From positions 1 to 38,090 of the forward strand of contig CARUQW010000006.1 in the NCBI GenBank assembly GCA_949077355.1: 38,090 nt of DNA. The letters are read 5' to 3'. Source of the stretch: an uncultured Clostridia bacterium (GTDB lineage Bacteria; Bacillota; Clostridia; TANB77; CAG-508). Positions 1 through 8,988 of the stretch are shown here, piece by piece. Numbering within the stretch: position 1 is the first letter of the stretch; every line of letters begins with the position of its first letter. The notes under the pieces were generated by a model. That model worked only from the letters and a program-made list of their open reading frames with translations, had not been told where the DNA came from and did not search any database. A program made the translations under genes and the position numbers.

Positions 1-10
1 TACCGATTAT
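1..10. repeat. TACCGATTAT, identical to the last 10 nt of the window (possible att core or circular junction)
   Basis: Exact match of 1-10 to 38081-38090. Confidence 0.5.
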
Positions 11-25
11 TATGGATATATAGAG

Positions 26-51
26 AAAAGGCTTGATTTCAAGCCTTTTTT
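26..51. terminator. Bidirectional intrinsic terminator hairpin
   Basis: aaggcttg/caagcctt stem flanked by an A-run and a T-run. Confidence 0.6.
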
Positions 52-67
52 ACTTTTCATATTTGTA

Positions 68-88
68 TTTGTGTATATTTTGTGTATA
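68..88 (+). repeat. 21-bp direct repeat TTTGTGTATATTTTGTGTATA (two TTGTGTATA units); attL or integrase arm-type site
   Basis: Exact second copy at 37941-37961. It lies 23 nt from the integrase stop. Flanking gtttcaAtaggtttt resembles gtttcaTtaggtttt near the right copy. Confidence 0.7.
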
Positions 89-111
89 TTAGATAGGGTT
101 TCAATAGGTTT

Positions 112-1425
112 TTATGCTCGTTTTTCGAACAAAATTAGATTATTATAATTATCATATTTTACCAGTTTTAATGCTTCGATTTTTTCTTCTATTGAGATAT
201 GAGTATAGACATCATCTCCAACATCTTCATTGCTATGACCTATAATGGAATTTATAATAATATCTCGTATGTTTAGTTTTTTTAACTCTGTACGTAGAGT
301 ATGTCGTGCGTCATGTGCTGTATGATTTGAGACTTCTGGGTGTAAATCCCTAAAATTATGTTGATAATGCCATAAGTAATAGCAATAATCAACTTTACTT
401 CCATTAGGTTGAGTAAATAGAAATTCGTTATCAGGATTATAATATTTTTCCCAAAGATGTTTTACTGCTGGATGAATAGGGATTTCTCTGTTTATTCCTG
501 CTTCGGTCTTTAAGCCACCAATAAAATAATTATCATTAAGAAAGATATTTTCCGTATAGACAGAAAGAAGTTCATCTGCTCGACAGCCAGAGTAAAGTAG
601 CATAAGCCAAAAGTCTCTAATGAATACTTCCCTTTCTTGTTTACGCTCTATCTGTTTTTTACCTGTACTCTTTGGTGTAAAATTCCATAAGTATTTAATC
701 TGTTCATAGCTGAATAGTTTTTCTTTTTCTATCTTTTTGTCCTTTGCTTTCTTTATATCTTTTCTATTTGTTGTATTTACACTAATAAATTGAGCATATC
801 CTTTTTCAATTATATCCTCTTCTAATGCAAATTTATCAAGGTTCAAAAACAAATTAACCATTTGTCTTTGAGATGATGCTCCTTTTTTACATTCTTTTAG
901 ATGTTTATTAAAATCGGATGCTCGTAATTCCTTATATACTTTATCATGCAATTCCTTAGAATTATTAAATGCAGTTTTCATTCCTAAGCAATAACACCTT
1001 CCGAAAGGTTTATTCTTTGGTCGTATATGATACTTTCTTTCAATTTGTTCTTCTTCTGGAGTAAGCATTTTTTCTTCTTTGAATTTCTCATAGAGTTGCT
1101 TAAAAGTATAATTTTCTCTTTTTATATGCTCTTCTAGTTTCTTTTGTGGATTTTCAACAGGAACTAAGGGATAGGGATGTTTTGGGAATGTTACAATTTT
1201 GTTATACTTTTCTTCTTCAATGTAAAGAGAGTAAGGTTGTTTATGATAATTTTCGAGGCATACTAGAGCATCTAGTTCTGTTTCGAAGCAATCTATAAAA
1301 TGAAATATATTTTTTCCATTAAAGTCTTTTCCTATTGTAATTCTGGCTCCCCAAGAATTATAACGATTATCTCCTAGATACACAGCTGTACCCATTCCAT
1401 TTTTTCTTCTTTTTCTTTCTTTCAT
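112..1425 (-). CDS. int: Tyrosine recombinase / phage integrase
   Basis: 437 aa. C-terminal ..AHDARHTLRTEL.. and ..GHSNEDVGDDVYTH.. match the R-H-R-Y catalytic signature. Located at the element end. Confidence 0.93.
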   Translation of the reverse strand: MKERKRRKNGMGTAVYLGDNRYNSWGARITIGKDFNGKNIFHFIDCFETELDALVCLENYHKQPYSLYIEEEKYNKIVTFPKHPYPLVPVENPQKKLEEHIKRENYTFKQLYEKFKEEKMLTPEEEQIERKYHIRPKNKPFGRCYCLGMKTAFNNSKELHDKVYKELRASDFNKHLKECKKGASSQRQMVNLFLNLDKFALEEDIIEKGYAQFISVNTTNRKDIKKAKDKKIEKEKLFSYEQIKYLWNFTPKSTGKKQIERKQEREVFIRDFWLMLLYSGCRADELLSVYTENIFLNDNYFIGGLKTEAGINREIPIHPAVKHLWEKYYNPDNEFLFTQPNGSKVDYCYYLWHYQHNFRDLHPEVSNHTAHDARHTLRTELKKLNIRDIIINSIIGHSNEDVGDDVYTHISIEEKIEALKLVKYDNYNNLILFEKRA

Positions 1426-1534
1426 AATAAAGACCTTCTTTCTTTAATTTATTATCTAAATCACTTGAAAAAAGGTTTTTTTATGCTATAATAAATAACA
1501 TAAAGAGACCTTGTTTCAAGGTATTCTTTGTGGG

Positions 1535-1580
1535 AAAAGATTTGTGTGTTAGACTGCAATCAAACTTACACAATCTTTTC
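1535..1580 (-). terminator. Intrinsic terminator downstream of ORF 1623-2153
   Basis: aaaagatttgtgtg / tacacaatctttt stem with a T-run on the minus strand. Confidence 0.55.
1538..1560. repeat. Left copy of a 23-bp inverted repeat (partner 4528-4550)
   Basis: agatttgtgtgttagactgcaat is the exact reverse complement of 4528-4550. Confidence 0.9.
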
Positions 1581-1622
1581 TTTTTTATTTATAGTAAAAC
1601 AAAAACAATCGTTTTGTCAATA

Positions 1623-2153
1623 CTAACATTTTATAAACATATTTTCTAATTGTTCATATAGAGTAGTAAATTTTTTCAGACTTTCAAGAGTCATATATCT
1701 TGAATATTTATCAATCTCATTTGAAAATTCATAAACTTTATTTTGTTTTGCTTTTACGGTTTTATAAGCATTGATTTTCTCTAAAGTATCATTGTAATAC
1801 CTATCTAAAAAATCATTGACTGTAAAAACTTCTTTTTCTTGCAATTCTCTTTTCAAAGCACTTGGCTTCTTGCCACTAAAAGATAACTTTCTTTCAATAG
1901 GGATAAGTTCATTCAAAATACTGATGGATAGTAAATATCTTTCAAAAAATACTTTAGGTGTTTTTGTTGTATTTATTAAATCTCCGCTTTCCTTCAAAAT
2001 TTTCAAAACTCTTTCTATAGAAGACTTATTATAGGTTCTATTTCGTAGATAGACATATTCGTTACTTAAATAATTAAAGTCAAAACCATTACGAGGAGTT
2101 GATTTAACTGTAACATTAACTTGATTATTAAAAAGGCTACTAAAAAATCCCAT
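1623..2153 (-). CDS. Hypothetical protein in the lysogeny module (co-oriented with the repressor)
   Basis: 176-aa ORF, 11 nt downstream of the repressor gene. No motif recognised. Confidence 0.6.
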   Translation of the reverse strand: MGFFSSLFNNQVNVTVKSTPRNGFDFNYLSNEYVYLRNRTYNKSSIERVLKILKESGDLINTTKTPKVFFERYLLSISILNELIPIERKLSFSGKKPSALKRELQEKEVFTVNDFLDRYYNDTLEKINAYKTVKAKQNKVYEFSNEIDKYSRYMTLESLKKFTTLYEQLENMFIKC

Positions 2154-2164
2154 ATTATTTTCCT

Positions 2165-3235
2165 TTAACTATTCATTTCAAATTTTCCTATATATTTTCC
2201 GAGTATCTTAATTTCAGTATCTTTTGCATAGACTTGAGTTGTAAAATTAGGGTCATTTGACATTGGTTCAAGTATTATTAAATCATTTTGTCTAGTAAAT
2301 TTTTTCAAAGTTGCATCATAACTATTTACAAGAACAACTGCTATTTCGCCATTTTCTACAATATCCTGTTTTCTTATTAACGCATAAGCACCGTTTCTAA
2401 TAAGTTTATTCATGCTTTCGCCATTAACTCGTAAGAAAAAGCATTCTTCTGGATCTACAATATTCATCAAGTTAGGGTCAATAGGTAAGTATCCTTCTAA
2501 GCATTCCTCAGCCCAGTTAGGTTGTCCAGCGGAGATTTGTCCATAGACAGGTATATTATAAAGAGTAGAACTGATTTGTGTATTAGGCTTAGTAAATCGT
2601 TTATAAATAGGTCCATCAATAAATAAGTCGTTAACTTTTTTCATTATATTTTCTACATAGATAAAGTCTTGCTCATCTAAACTAAAGTCAGATATATCCA
2701 TTTGAAAATCTTCATAAAAATTAACAATTCTTGTACTGGTATTTTCAGCTAAAGGAACATATTTAAGAGAATAAGCGTACATTTCATAAAAAGTAGTCAA
2801 TACTAATTTGAAAACTTTTAATATATCATTCTTATTACGAACTGATTCAAAATAAGTTTCAAAAACATCATTTTGATAAGTATAAAATTCAAAAATACTA
2901 TTCAGGCAATTCATAAATCTGCTTAGCTCATTTTCAGATAATCCTAAATTTATTATGGCGTTATTGTATTTTGATAATATATACGATTTGAAATTAAAAA
3001 TAACATATTGTGTATATTGAGAAAGAGGAACTTTCAAGTTAGACTTACATAATAAATAGTCTACCGAAACCCCATATACATTAGAAATCTTTATTAAAGC
3101 TTCAGTTGATGGTTTTGCTCTGCCAGTTTTCCAGTCGGTTATATTGCCCGGACTTAAGCCAACTATATTGGCAAATTCTTTCGCAGTCACATTATTTTCA
3201 TTAATAAGTCTAAAAATCCTATCGACAGTCGTCAT
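2165..3235 (-). CDS. CI/LexA-like repressor: N-terminal XRE HTH plus C-terminal S24 peptidase, with a long unrecognised middle region
   Basis: HTH ..NVTAKEFANIVGLSPGNITDWKTGRAKPS... S24 part ..PVYGQISAGQPNW..FFLRVNGESMN..ATLKKF.. (Ser/Lys dyad). 356 aa. Confidence 0.88.
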   Translation of the reverse strand: MTTVDRIFRLINENNVTAKEFANIVGLSPGNITDWKTGRAKPSTEALIKISNVYGVSVDYLLCKSNLKVPLSQYTQYVIFNFKSYILSKYNNAIINLGLSENELSRFMNCLNSIFEFYTYQNDVFETYFESVRNKNDILKVFKLVLTTFYEMYAYSLKYVPLAENTSTRIVNFYEDFQMDISDFSLDEQDFIYVENIMKKVNDLFIDGPIYKRFTKPNTQISSTLYNIPVYGQISAGQPNWAEECLEGYLPIDPNLMNIVDPEECFFLRVNGESMNKLIRNGAYALIRKQDIVENGEIAVVLVNSYDATLKKFTRQNDLIILEPMSNDPNFTTQVYAKDTEIKILGKYIGKFEMNS

Positions 3236-3275
3236 TTCGAAATCTCCTAAAAAAAATTAAATTCGAAAAATACTA

Positions 3276-3304
3276 TTGACAATTTTCGAAAATTCGAATA
3301 TAAT
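3276..3304 (+). promoter_or_regulatory. Consensus sigma-A promoter (TTGACA-17-TATAAT) with a 14-bp palindromic operator AATTTTCGAAAATT (3281-3294) in the spacer
   Basis: Read directly from the sequence. Further TTCGAA half-sites lie at 3263 and 3294. It sits between the divergent repressor and cro-like genes. Confidence 0.7.
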
Positions 3305-3520
3305 GACCTCATCAAAAGTAAATACGAATTAAATTGGTAAAGCACACATTTGAAACTTGCCGGAATCTAGTGTGCTCTACCTAAAGAAATACTCTATTAA
3401 ACTTGTAATACCAACACTATAAGTGTTTTTTGTATACATGTTTAATTCGTATATTACTATTTTACTACAAGTGTTGTATGTTGTCAAATAAATTGTAGGA
3501 ACTGGAGGTGAAATTTTAAG

Positions 3521-3775
3521 ATGCAACAAATAAGAAATTTTCCACTCAATAGAATTTTGAAACTTATAAAGGATAATAAGTTGACAGCAAAAGAATTTGC
3601 AAAATCGGTAGGAGTTAGTCAAGGAAATGTAACTGATTGGAAAACTGGTCGTTCTAAACCGTCAATAGAAGCTCTTAGGAAAATAGCTAAGCAATACAAG
3701 GTTCAACTTGAATGGTTAACAGGAGATAGCAAATATAAAACAAAACAGGAAGAATTTACAGCACAGATGAAATAG
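3521..3775 (+). CDS. Cro-like XRE-family HTH regulator
   Basis: 84 aa. ..LTAKEFAKSVGVSQGNVTDWKTGRSKPS.. GGAGG RBS upstream. Confidence 0.85.
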   Translation: MQQIRNFPLNRILKLIKDNKLTAKEFAKSVGVSQGNVTDWKTGRSKPSIEALRKIAKQYKVQLEWLTGDSKYKTKQEEFTAQMK

Positions 3776-3791
3776 AGAAGGAGGCAAAAAG

Positions 3792-4556
3792 ATGAAGAAT
3801 ATGAAATTATTTCAAGATGGACTAATCAATGTCTATCAAAATGAAAAACAAGAAAAATTAGTAGATGCAAGAGAATTGCATGAAAAGTTAGAAAACAAAA
3901 GACAGTTTAGCGATTGGATTAAACAACGAATTGAACAATATGGCTTTATTGAGAATGTTGATTATACCACATTTCACAATTTTGTGAAACGTGAGAATAG
4001 CAACCTAGGAAGCAAAACAACAGAATATGCACTTACACTAGATACTGCAAAAGAAATTGCAATGGTAGAGAATAATGAACAAGGCAAAAAGATAAGACGA
4101 TATTTTATCGAAGTCGAAAAGAAAGCTAGAGAAATGTTTGATGTTCCTAAATCATTACCAGAAGCATTGAGAAAAGCAGCAGAGTTAGCAGAACAACTGG
4201 AAGAACAAAAACCAAAAGTGCTATTTGCAGAAAGTGTTGAAACAGCAGAAACTAGCATCCTAATTGGGGACTTAGCAAAGTTAATAAAACAAAATGGATA
4301 TGACATAGGACAAAATAGATTATTCCAGTGGCTAAGAGATAATGGGTACTTAATAAAGTCTGGAGAAAGAAAAAATATGCCAACACAAATGGCAATGGAT
4401 AACCAATTATTTGAAGTAAAAGAAAGAACAGTAAACAATCCAGATGGAAGTATAAGAATTACCAAGACTACGAAGGTAACAGGAAAAGGACAAGTTTACT
4501 TTGTTAACAAATTTTTAAGTAAAGAAAATTGCAGTCTAACACACAAATCTGAATAA
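3792..4556 (+). CDS. Antirepressor (AntA/Rha-like N-terminal domain plus KilAC/ANT C-terminal domain)
   Basis: ..ARELHEKLENKRQFSDWIKQRIEQYGFIENVDY.. and ..FAESVETAETSILIGDLAKLIKQNGYDIGQNRLFQWLRDNGYL.. Confidence 0.82.
   Translation: MKNMKLFQDGLINVYQNEKQEKLVDARELHEKLENKRQFSDWIKQRIEQYGFIENVDYTTFHNFVKRENSNLGSKTTEYALTLDTAKEIAMVENNEQGKKIRRYFIEVEKKAREMFDVPKSLPEALRKAAELAEQLEEQKPKVLFAESVETAETSILIGDLAKLIKQNGYDIGQNRLFQWLRDNGYLIKSGERKNMPTQMAMDNQLFEVKERTVNNPDGSIRITKTTKVTGKGQVYFVNKFLSKENCSLTHKSE
4528..4550. repeat. Right copy of the 23-bp inverted repeat (partner 1538-1560), inside the 3' end of the antirepressor gene
   Basis: attgcagtctaacacacaaatct. Confidence 0.9.
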
Positions 4557-4571
4557 AAAGGAGGAGAACAA

Positions 4572-4769
4572 ATGCCAGAAGAAGTTGAAACATTGACGCC
4601 TTATGAAGCAGGGAAAATCTTACACAAAAATGCAGAGTTCATACGAGCAGGACTAAGGCAAGGCGTATTTAACTTTGGAACAGCGGTTCCGCCAAAGCAA
4701 GCTGGAGGGAACTGGAGTTATGTCATTATAAAATCAAAATTTTATGAATTTGCAGGCATAACAGTCTAA
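4572..4769 (+). CDS. Small hypothetical protein (possible excisionase-like HTH)
   Basis: 65 aa with a GGAGGAG RBS. Confidence 0.55.
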   Translation: MPEEVETLTPYEAGKILHKNAEFIRAGLRQGVFNFGTAVPPKQAGGNWSYVIIKSKFYEFAGITV

Positions 4770-4786
4770 AGAAAGGAGAGAAACAA

Positions 4787-4903
4787 ATGAACAGAAGAGA
4801 GAAACGAGCCTATCGTAGAGGAATAGTTAATACATTACAGTTCTTAGCAATAAGTGGATTTTACACATTTCTATTGTGTGAAATCGTAACTAAATTATTT
4901 TAG
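4787..4903 (+). CDS. 38-aa small membrane peptide (below the ORF-track cutoff)
   Basis: AAAGGAGAG RBS 6 nt upstream of the ATG. MNRREKRAYRRGIVNTLQFLAISGFYTFLLCEIVTKLF. Confidence 0.45.
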   Translation: MNRREKRAYRRGIVNTLQFLAISGFYTFLLCEIVTKLF

Positions 4904-4920
4904 GAAGGAGGGGGAAAGAA

Positions 4921-5199
4921 ATGTTAGAAATTATAGGCGATATTTTATTGGCAATTAACTTAATCTTATGTGGAGTTCTTATAGGTATGAACTTAACAAG
5001 GAAAATGTTTGAAGAAACAATAAATGAACAGCAAGAGTTAATTGATATACAACACCGAAACGATATTAGAATTTTAGATGTCAACATAAAATATAGCAAC
5101 ATCATAGACGATGTTCTAAACGAGAATGACTATGCAAGTGCAGAGTACATCAAGAACAAAATAAAAAAGGCACTAGACGATGCCGGCAAGCAGTCCTAG
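4921..5199 (+). CDS. Hypothetical membrane-anchored protein
   Basis: 92 aa with an N-terminal hydrophobic helix and a GGAAGGAGGGGG RBS. Confidence 0.6.
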   Translation: MLEIIGDILLAINLILCGVLIGMNLTRKMFEETINEQQELIDIQHRNDIRILDVNIKYSNIIDDVLNENDYASAEYIKNKIKKALDDAGKQS

Positions 5200-5279
5200 T
5201 ACCAAAGCAACAAATATATAAATCCATTACTGCCCTTAGTATAACACAAAAAGGGCGGTAATGCAAGAAGGAGGGCATT

Positions 5280-5375
5280 ATGGACGAATACACCTTAGAA
5301 GAAGCCATTATGGAAGCACAGTGGCAAGAATATAACAAAGTAATTAAGTTTGAGGAGGAAGAAGATGCCGAATAA
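5280..5375 (+). CDS. 31-aa acidic small protein
   Basis: AAGAAGGAGGG RBS. MDEYTLEEAIMEAQWQEYNKVIKFEEEEDAE. Overlaps the next start. Confidence 0.4.
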   Translation: MDEYTLEEAIMEAQWQEYNKVIKFEEEEDAE

Positions 5376-6213
5376 TCAAGAGTTAATAGTGATTAAGCAA
5401 CTACCAATTATAGAAGAACAACTAAAAACATTATCAGAAGAAATAGACAAAAAGGTAACAGATGCTACAGCATTAGTTTGTACAGAAGAAACAATAAAAC
5501 AAGTGAAAACAACAAGAGCAGACTTAAATAAACAATTTGCAGAATTAGAAGAAAAACGCAAATTTGTAAAAAATCAAGTAATGAACCCATATCAAAAATT
5601 TGAAGAAATCTACAAAGAATGTGTTTCGGACAAGTTCAAAAAAGCAGACCAAGACCTAAAAAAGAAAATAGATGCAGTTGAAAACGAGGTAAAACAAAAT
5701 AAAGAAAAAGAACTAAAAGAATATTTTGACGAATATAAAACATTCAAAAATATTGATTTTATCAATTTTGAACAAGCGAATATCAAGGTTGGATTAAGTG
5801 ATAGTAAACTATCATTACATAAGCAAGCACAAACCTTTGTGGATAAGGTTGTAGATGACTTAAACCTAATTAACACACAAGACCATAAAGCAGAGATTTT
5901 GGTCGAGTATAAACAAAATTTGAATGTATCTCAAGCAATTACTATGGTAACAAACAGATTTAAGGCCATTGAAGAAGAAAAGAAAAAGCAATTAGAAAAA
6001 GCACAAGGAGCAGAAGAAGAAAATATAAGAAAGCAAACAGAAGCAACAAAACAAGCATTAGATAATTTTAAGACATCAGAAGTATTGCAAGCACCAAAAG
6101 CAGAGCAAATGGCAGAAGAAATATTAATATTAAAATTTATGGTAAGAGGAACTAGAACGAAATTAAAGGCTCTAAAAGAGTTTTTAGAAAATGGAGGTTA
6201 CGATTATGAGTAA
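5365..6213 (+). CDS. DUF1351-like protein (typical partner upstream of RecT in Firmicute siphoviruses)
   Basis: Start moved to ATG 5365 (MPNNQELIVIKQLPIIEEQL..) behind a GAGGAGG RBS. Lys/Glu-rich coiled-coil protein. Confidence 0.6.
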   Translation: MPNNQELIVIKQLPIIEEQLKTLSEEIDKKVTDATALVCTEETIKQVKTTRADLNKQFAELEEKRKFVKNQVMNPYQKFEEIYKECVSDKFKKADQDLKKKIDAVENEVKQNKEKELKEYFDEYKTFKNIDFINFEQANIKVGLSDSKLSLHKQAQTFVDKVVDDLNLINTQDHKAEILVEYKQNLNVSQAITMVTNRFKAIEEEKKKQLEKAQGAEEENIRKQTEATKQALDNFKTSEVLQAPKAEQMAEEILILKFMVRGTRTKLKALKEFLENGGYDYE

Positions 6214-6895
6214 TGAAACACAAAACAAAAATCAAGAATTAACAGTTAAATTTGATATTGATGGAAACGAGATTAAATTAACACCAAAAATAGTACAAGA
6301 ATACATTGTAGGAACAGATGTACCTATTACGAACCAAGAATTTAAGTTATTTACTGAACTTTGTAAAGTTAGAAAATTAAATCCATTTCTAAGAGAAGCA
6401 TACCTTATTAAATATAAAGCAGAAGCACCAGCACAATTAGTTGTTGGAAAAGATGCAATCTTAAAAAGAGCAGTTTTGAATGCTAATTATGATGGAATGG
6501 AAAGTGGAATTATAGTTCAAAAAGAAGATGGAACAGTAAAGAAAAGACGAGGAACATTCAAATTAGAAGAAGAAAAACTTGTAGGAGGATGGGCTAGAGT
6601 ATTTAGAAAAGATTGGACGCATCCTACATATTCAAGTGTTACTTTTTCAGAAGTAGCACAAAAAACTAAACAAGGTCAATTAAATTCAAATTGGGATGGA
6701 AAAGGAGCAACAATGGTTGAAAAAGTAGCAAAAGTAAGAGCATTAAGAGAAACCTTTGTTGAAGATTTAGCAGGTATGTACGAAGCAGAAGAAATGCAAC
6801 AAGAGGAATTACCTGTCCAAGATGCTATTGAAGTACAAGAAGATGTTATTGAACAAGAAGAAACTACAAAAGAGGTATCTATGAATGAACTATAA
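6206..6895 (+). CDS. recT: RecT/Bet-family single-strand annealing protein
   Basis: ..FKLFTELCKVRKLNPFLREAYLIKY..GGWARVFRKDW..NSNWDGKGATMVEKVAKVRALRE.. Confidence 0.8.
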   Translation: MSNETQNKNQELTVKFDIDGNEIKLTPKIVQEYIVGTDVPITNQEFKLFTELCKVRKLNPFLREAYLIKYKAEAPAQLVVGKDAILKRAVLNANYDGMESGIIVQKEDGTVKKRRGTFKLEEEKLVGGWARVFRKDWTHPTYSSVTFSEVAQKTKQGQLNSNWDGKGATMVEKVAKVRALRETFVEDLAGMYEAEEMQQEELPVQDAIEVQEDVIEQEETTKEVSMNEL

Positions 6896-7541
6896 GATTA
6901 TATCGAGTAGTAGTAGTGGAAATGCCACAGTATTAGAAGAAATAATTTTGATAGATTGTGGCGTTTCCTTCAAAAAATTAGAGCCATATTATAAAAAATT
7001 AAAACTTGTGTTATTAACGCATATTCATTCAGACCATTTCAAAAAAGAAACAATAAAAAAATTAGCACAAGAACGACCAACACTAAGATTTGCTTGTTGT
7101 AAATGGTTACTACAACCACTTTTAGAGTGTGGAGTAAGCAAAAGCAATATAGATGTACTTAAAATTGGCACGAAATACGATTATAAGGCATTTAAGATTG
7201 TACCAATCAAGTTATATCATGATGCACCACAATGCGGTTATAGGATATTCTGGAATGATTTTAAGGTTATTTATGCGACAGATACAAAGACATTAGAAGG
7301 TATAAGTGCAAAAAATTATGATTTATATCTAATCGAAGCGAATTATGATGAGGACGAAATCGAGGAAAGAATACAACAGAAACAAGAAGAAGGAGAATAT
7401 ACTTGCGAATATAGAGTAAAAGAAACGCATCTATCAAAACAACAAGCAAGTGATTTTTTACTTGAAAATATGGCAGAAAACTCAGAATATGTGTTTATGC
7501 ATGAACACAGAGAAAGAGGAAATAATGAAAAGTCAATTTGA
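6885..7541 (+). CDS. Metallo-beta-lactamase-fold hydrolase (putative nuclease partner of RecT)
   Basis: ..IDCGVSF..LLTHIHSDH.. HxHxDH motif. Confidence 0.75.
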   Translation: MNYKIISSSSSGNATVLEEIILIDCGVSFKKLEPYYKKLKLVLLTHIHSDHFKKETIKKLAQERPTLRFACCKWLLQPLLECGVSKSNIDVLKIGTKYDYKAFKIVPIKLYHDAPQCGYRIFWNDFKVIYATDTKTLEGISAKNYDLYLIEANYDEDEIEERIQQKQEEGEYTCEYRVKETHLSKQQASDFLLENMAENSEYVFMHEHRERGNNEKSI

Positions 7542-7842
7542 ACAATATGTACAAGAGGATTGCAAACAGTTTGAAGAGATTTGTAAATATTATAAAAATA
7601 AGAACCCAGAAGACATAGACACTCTATATGCACTTACAAGCGAGGCTTTGATGCTATCACAACGCTGGTCAGACATTGCAAGTAATTCAAGTGCTTATGC
7701 TAAAAGATATGGATTTTCAAAGACTGATTTCCAACAATGGGCATATCAAAGGTATCGTACATTACAAGAAATGCATGTAGATTGTAGAGTATTCTACAGC
7801 GATGCTAAAGAAGATTTGAAGAACTTTGGTAGAGTTGGATGA
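7525..7842 (+). CDS. Hypothetical protein
   Basis: Start set at ATG 7525 (MKSQFEQYV..), overlapping the previous stop. Confidence 0.55.
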   Translation: MKSQFEQYVQEDCKQFEEICKYYKNKNPEDIDTLYALTSEALMLSQRWSDIASNSSAYAKRYGFSKTDFQQWAYQRYRTLQEMHVDCRVFYSDAKEDLKNFGRVG

Positions 7843-8200
7843 GTATAGACTATTCGAATTTTGCAATCCCAAAACCAACGCAAAAGAAAAAGAAGAAAAG
7901 GAAAGATTATACGGATATTCCGAAGAAAGTTAAAGAAATTGTATGGGAAAGAGATAAGCATAGATGTATTTTTTGCCATAAAACAGTAGATTTATTTTAT
8001 GCAAATGCACATTTTATTCCAAGAGGACTTGGACGGACTTCGGAATACCAGAAAACATATTTACGGCTTGCGAAGATTGTCATAGAGAACAAGATAATGG
8101 CTTACATAGTAAAGAATATACAGAAAAAGCGGAAAGACATCTAAAACGCATCTATGGAACAAACTGGGACAAGTCAAAGTTAATTTATAAGAAGTATTGA
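7839..8200 (+). CDS. HNH-type nuclease-like protein. Continuous only with +1 shifts at in-frame CGG 8034 and CGG 8041 (about 119 aa).
   Basis: Skipping C8034 and C8041 gives ..CIFCHKTVDLFYANAHFIPRGLG-GL-GIPENIFTACEDCHREQDNG.. ending at TGA 8198-8200. Confidence 0.7.
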
Positions 8201-8258
8201 ACAACAAAGGGCTAGACACAAAAACTAGCCCTTAATTTTACAAGAGAGGAGAAAAAAC

Positions 8259-8956
8259 GTGGCAAGAAAAAGGATGATAGACCCGAATTTTTGGACAGAT
8301 GAGAAATTAGGCGAATGTTCAATACAAGAAAGATTGCTTTTTATGGGTTTAATCAGTAATGCAGATGATGAAGGATATGGCAGAGCAAATCCGAAGTTGT
8401 TAAAGTCTTTGATATTTCCATATGACGACTTACGTGCTTCCGATTTAGAAAAATGGCTCTCCCAATTAGGCGGATTACATATAGTAGTTTTGTTTCAATA
8501 TGATGGACAGACCTACTACTATCTCCCTAATTTTTCTAAACATCAAACCATTAACAAGCCTACAAAATCAACCTTTCCACACATTGAAGATGAACGGTGT
8601 AGAACTACTACGGTAATACTACGGTAGTACTACCGCCTAAAAGAAAAGAAGAGAATAGAAAAGAAATAGAAGATAAGAGAATAGAAGTGAAAGAAATATA
8701 TAACTCAATTTGCACCAATTTGCCACAAGTTCAAAAATTGACATCTAAAAGAGAACAAGCAATAGATAAATTCCTTAAAGAATTTACCAAAGAACAGTTT
8801 GAACAAATATGCCAAATAGCAAATATAACAGATTTCCTTGTTGGAAAAAACGATAATGGATGGAAGGCGGACTTTGATTTTCTTATGAGAGTTGATAAAG
8901 CGACCAATGTGCTAGAAGGCAAATATGGAAACAATCCTAAAGGACGGAATGAATGA
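8259..8956 (+). CDS. Replication organiser-like protein. N- and C-terminal halves join by +1 shifts at CGG 8595 and CGG 8611. A third in-frame CGG at 8945 would extend it to 9035.
   Basis: N-terminus MARKRMIDPNFWTDEKLGECSIQERLLFMGLISNADDEG... C-terminal part ..FLVGKNDNGWKADFDFLMRVDKATNVLEGKYGN.. These are normally one protein in Firmicute phages. Confidence 0.7.
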
Positions 8957-8988
8957 CTTTAAGGAGCTAATGAAGGAGGCAAAAGAAT

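Noticed and set aside
3377-3622. Minus-strand ORF 3377-3622 in the switch region
   Set aside because: It overlaps the cro-like gene start and the regulatory region, has no RBS, and its composition is implausible.
3974-4465. Long antisense ORFs (3974-4465, 20836-21159, 23217-23606, 33794-34336 and the many 60-110 aa minus-strand ORFs inside plus-strand genes)
   Set aside because: These are shadow ORFs opposite well-supported genes. They have low-complexity Leu/Phe/Ser-rich composition typical of antisense AT-rich coding DNA, and no RBS.
8607-8628. The 11-bp tandem duplication is the sole cause of the split replication gene
   Set aside because: Deleting one copy also restores the frame, so this remains possible. 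However, the same locus obeys the CGG rule seen at 17 other sites, so I report it as an alternative rather than the primary call.
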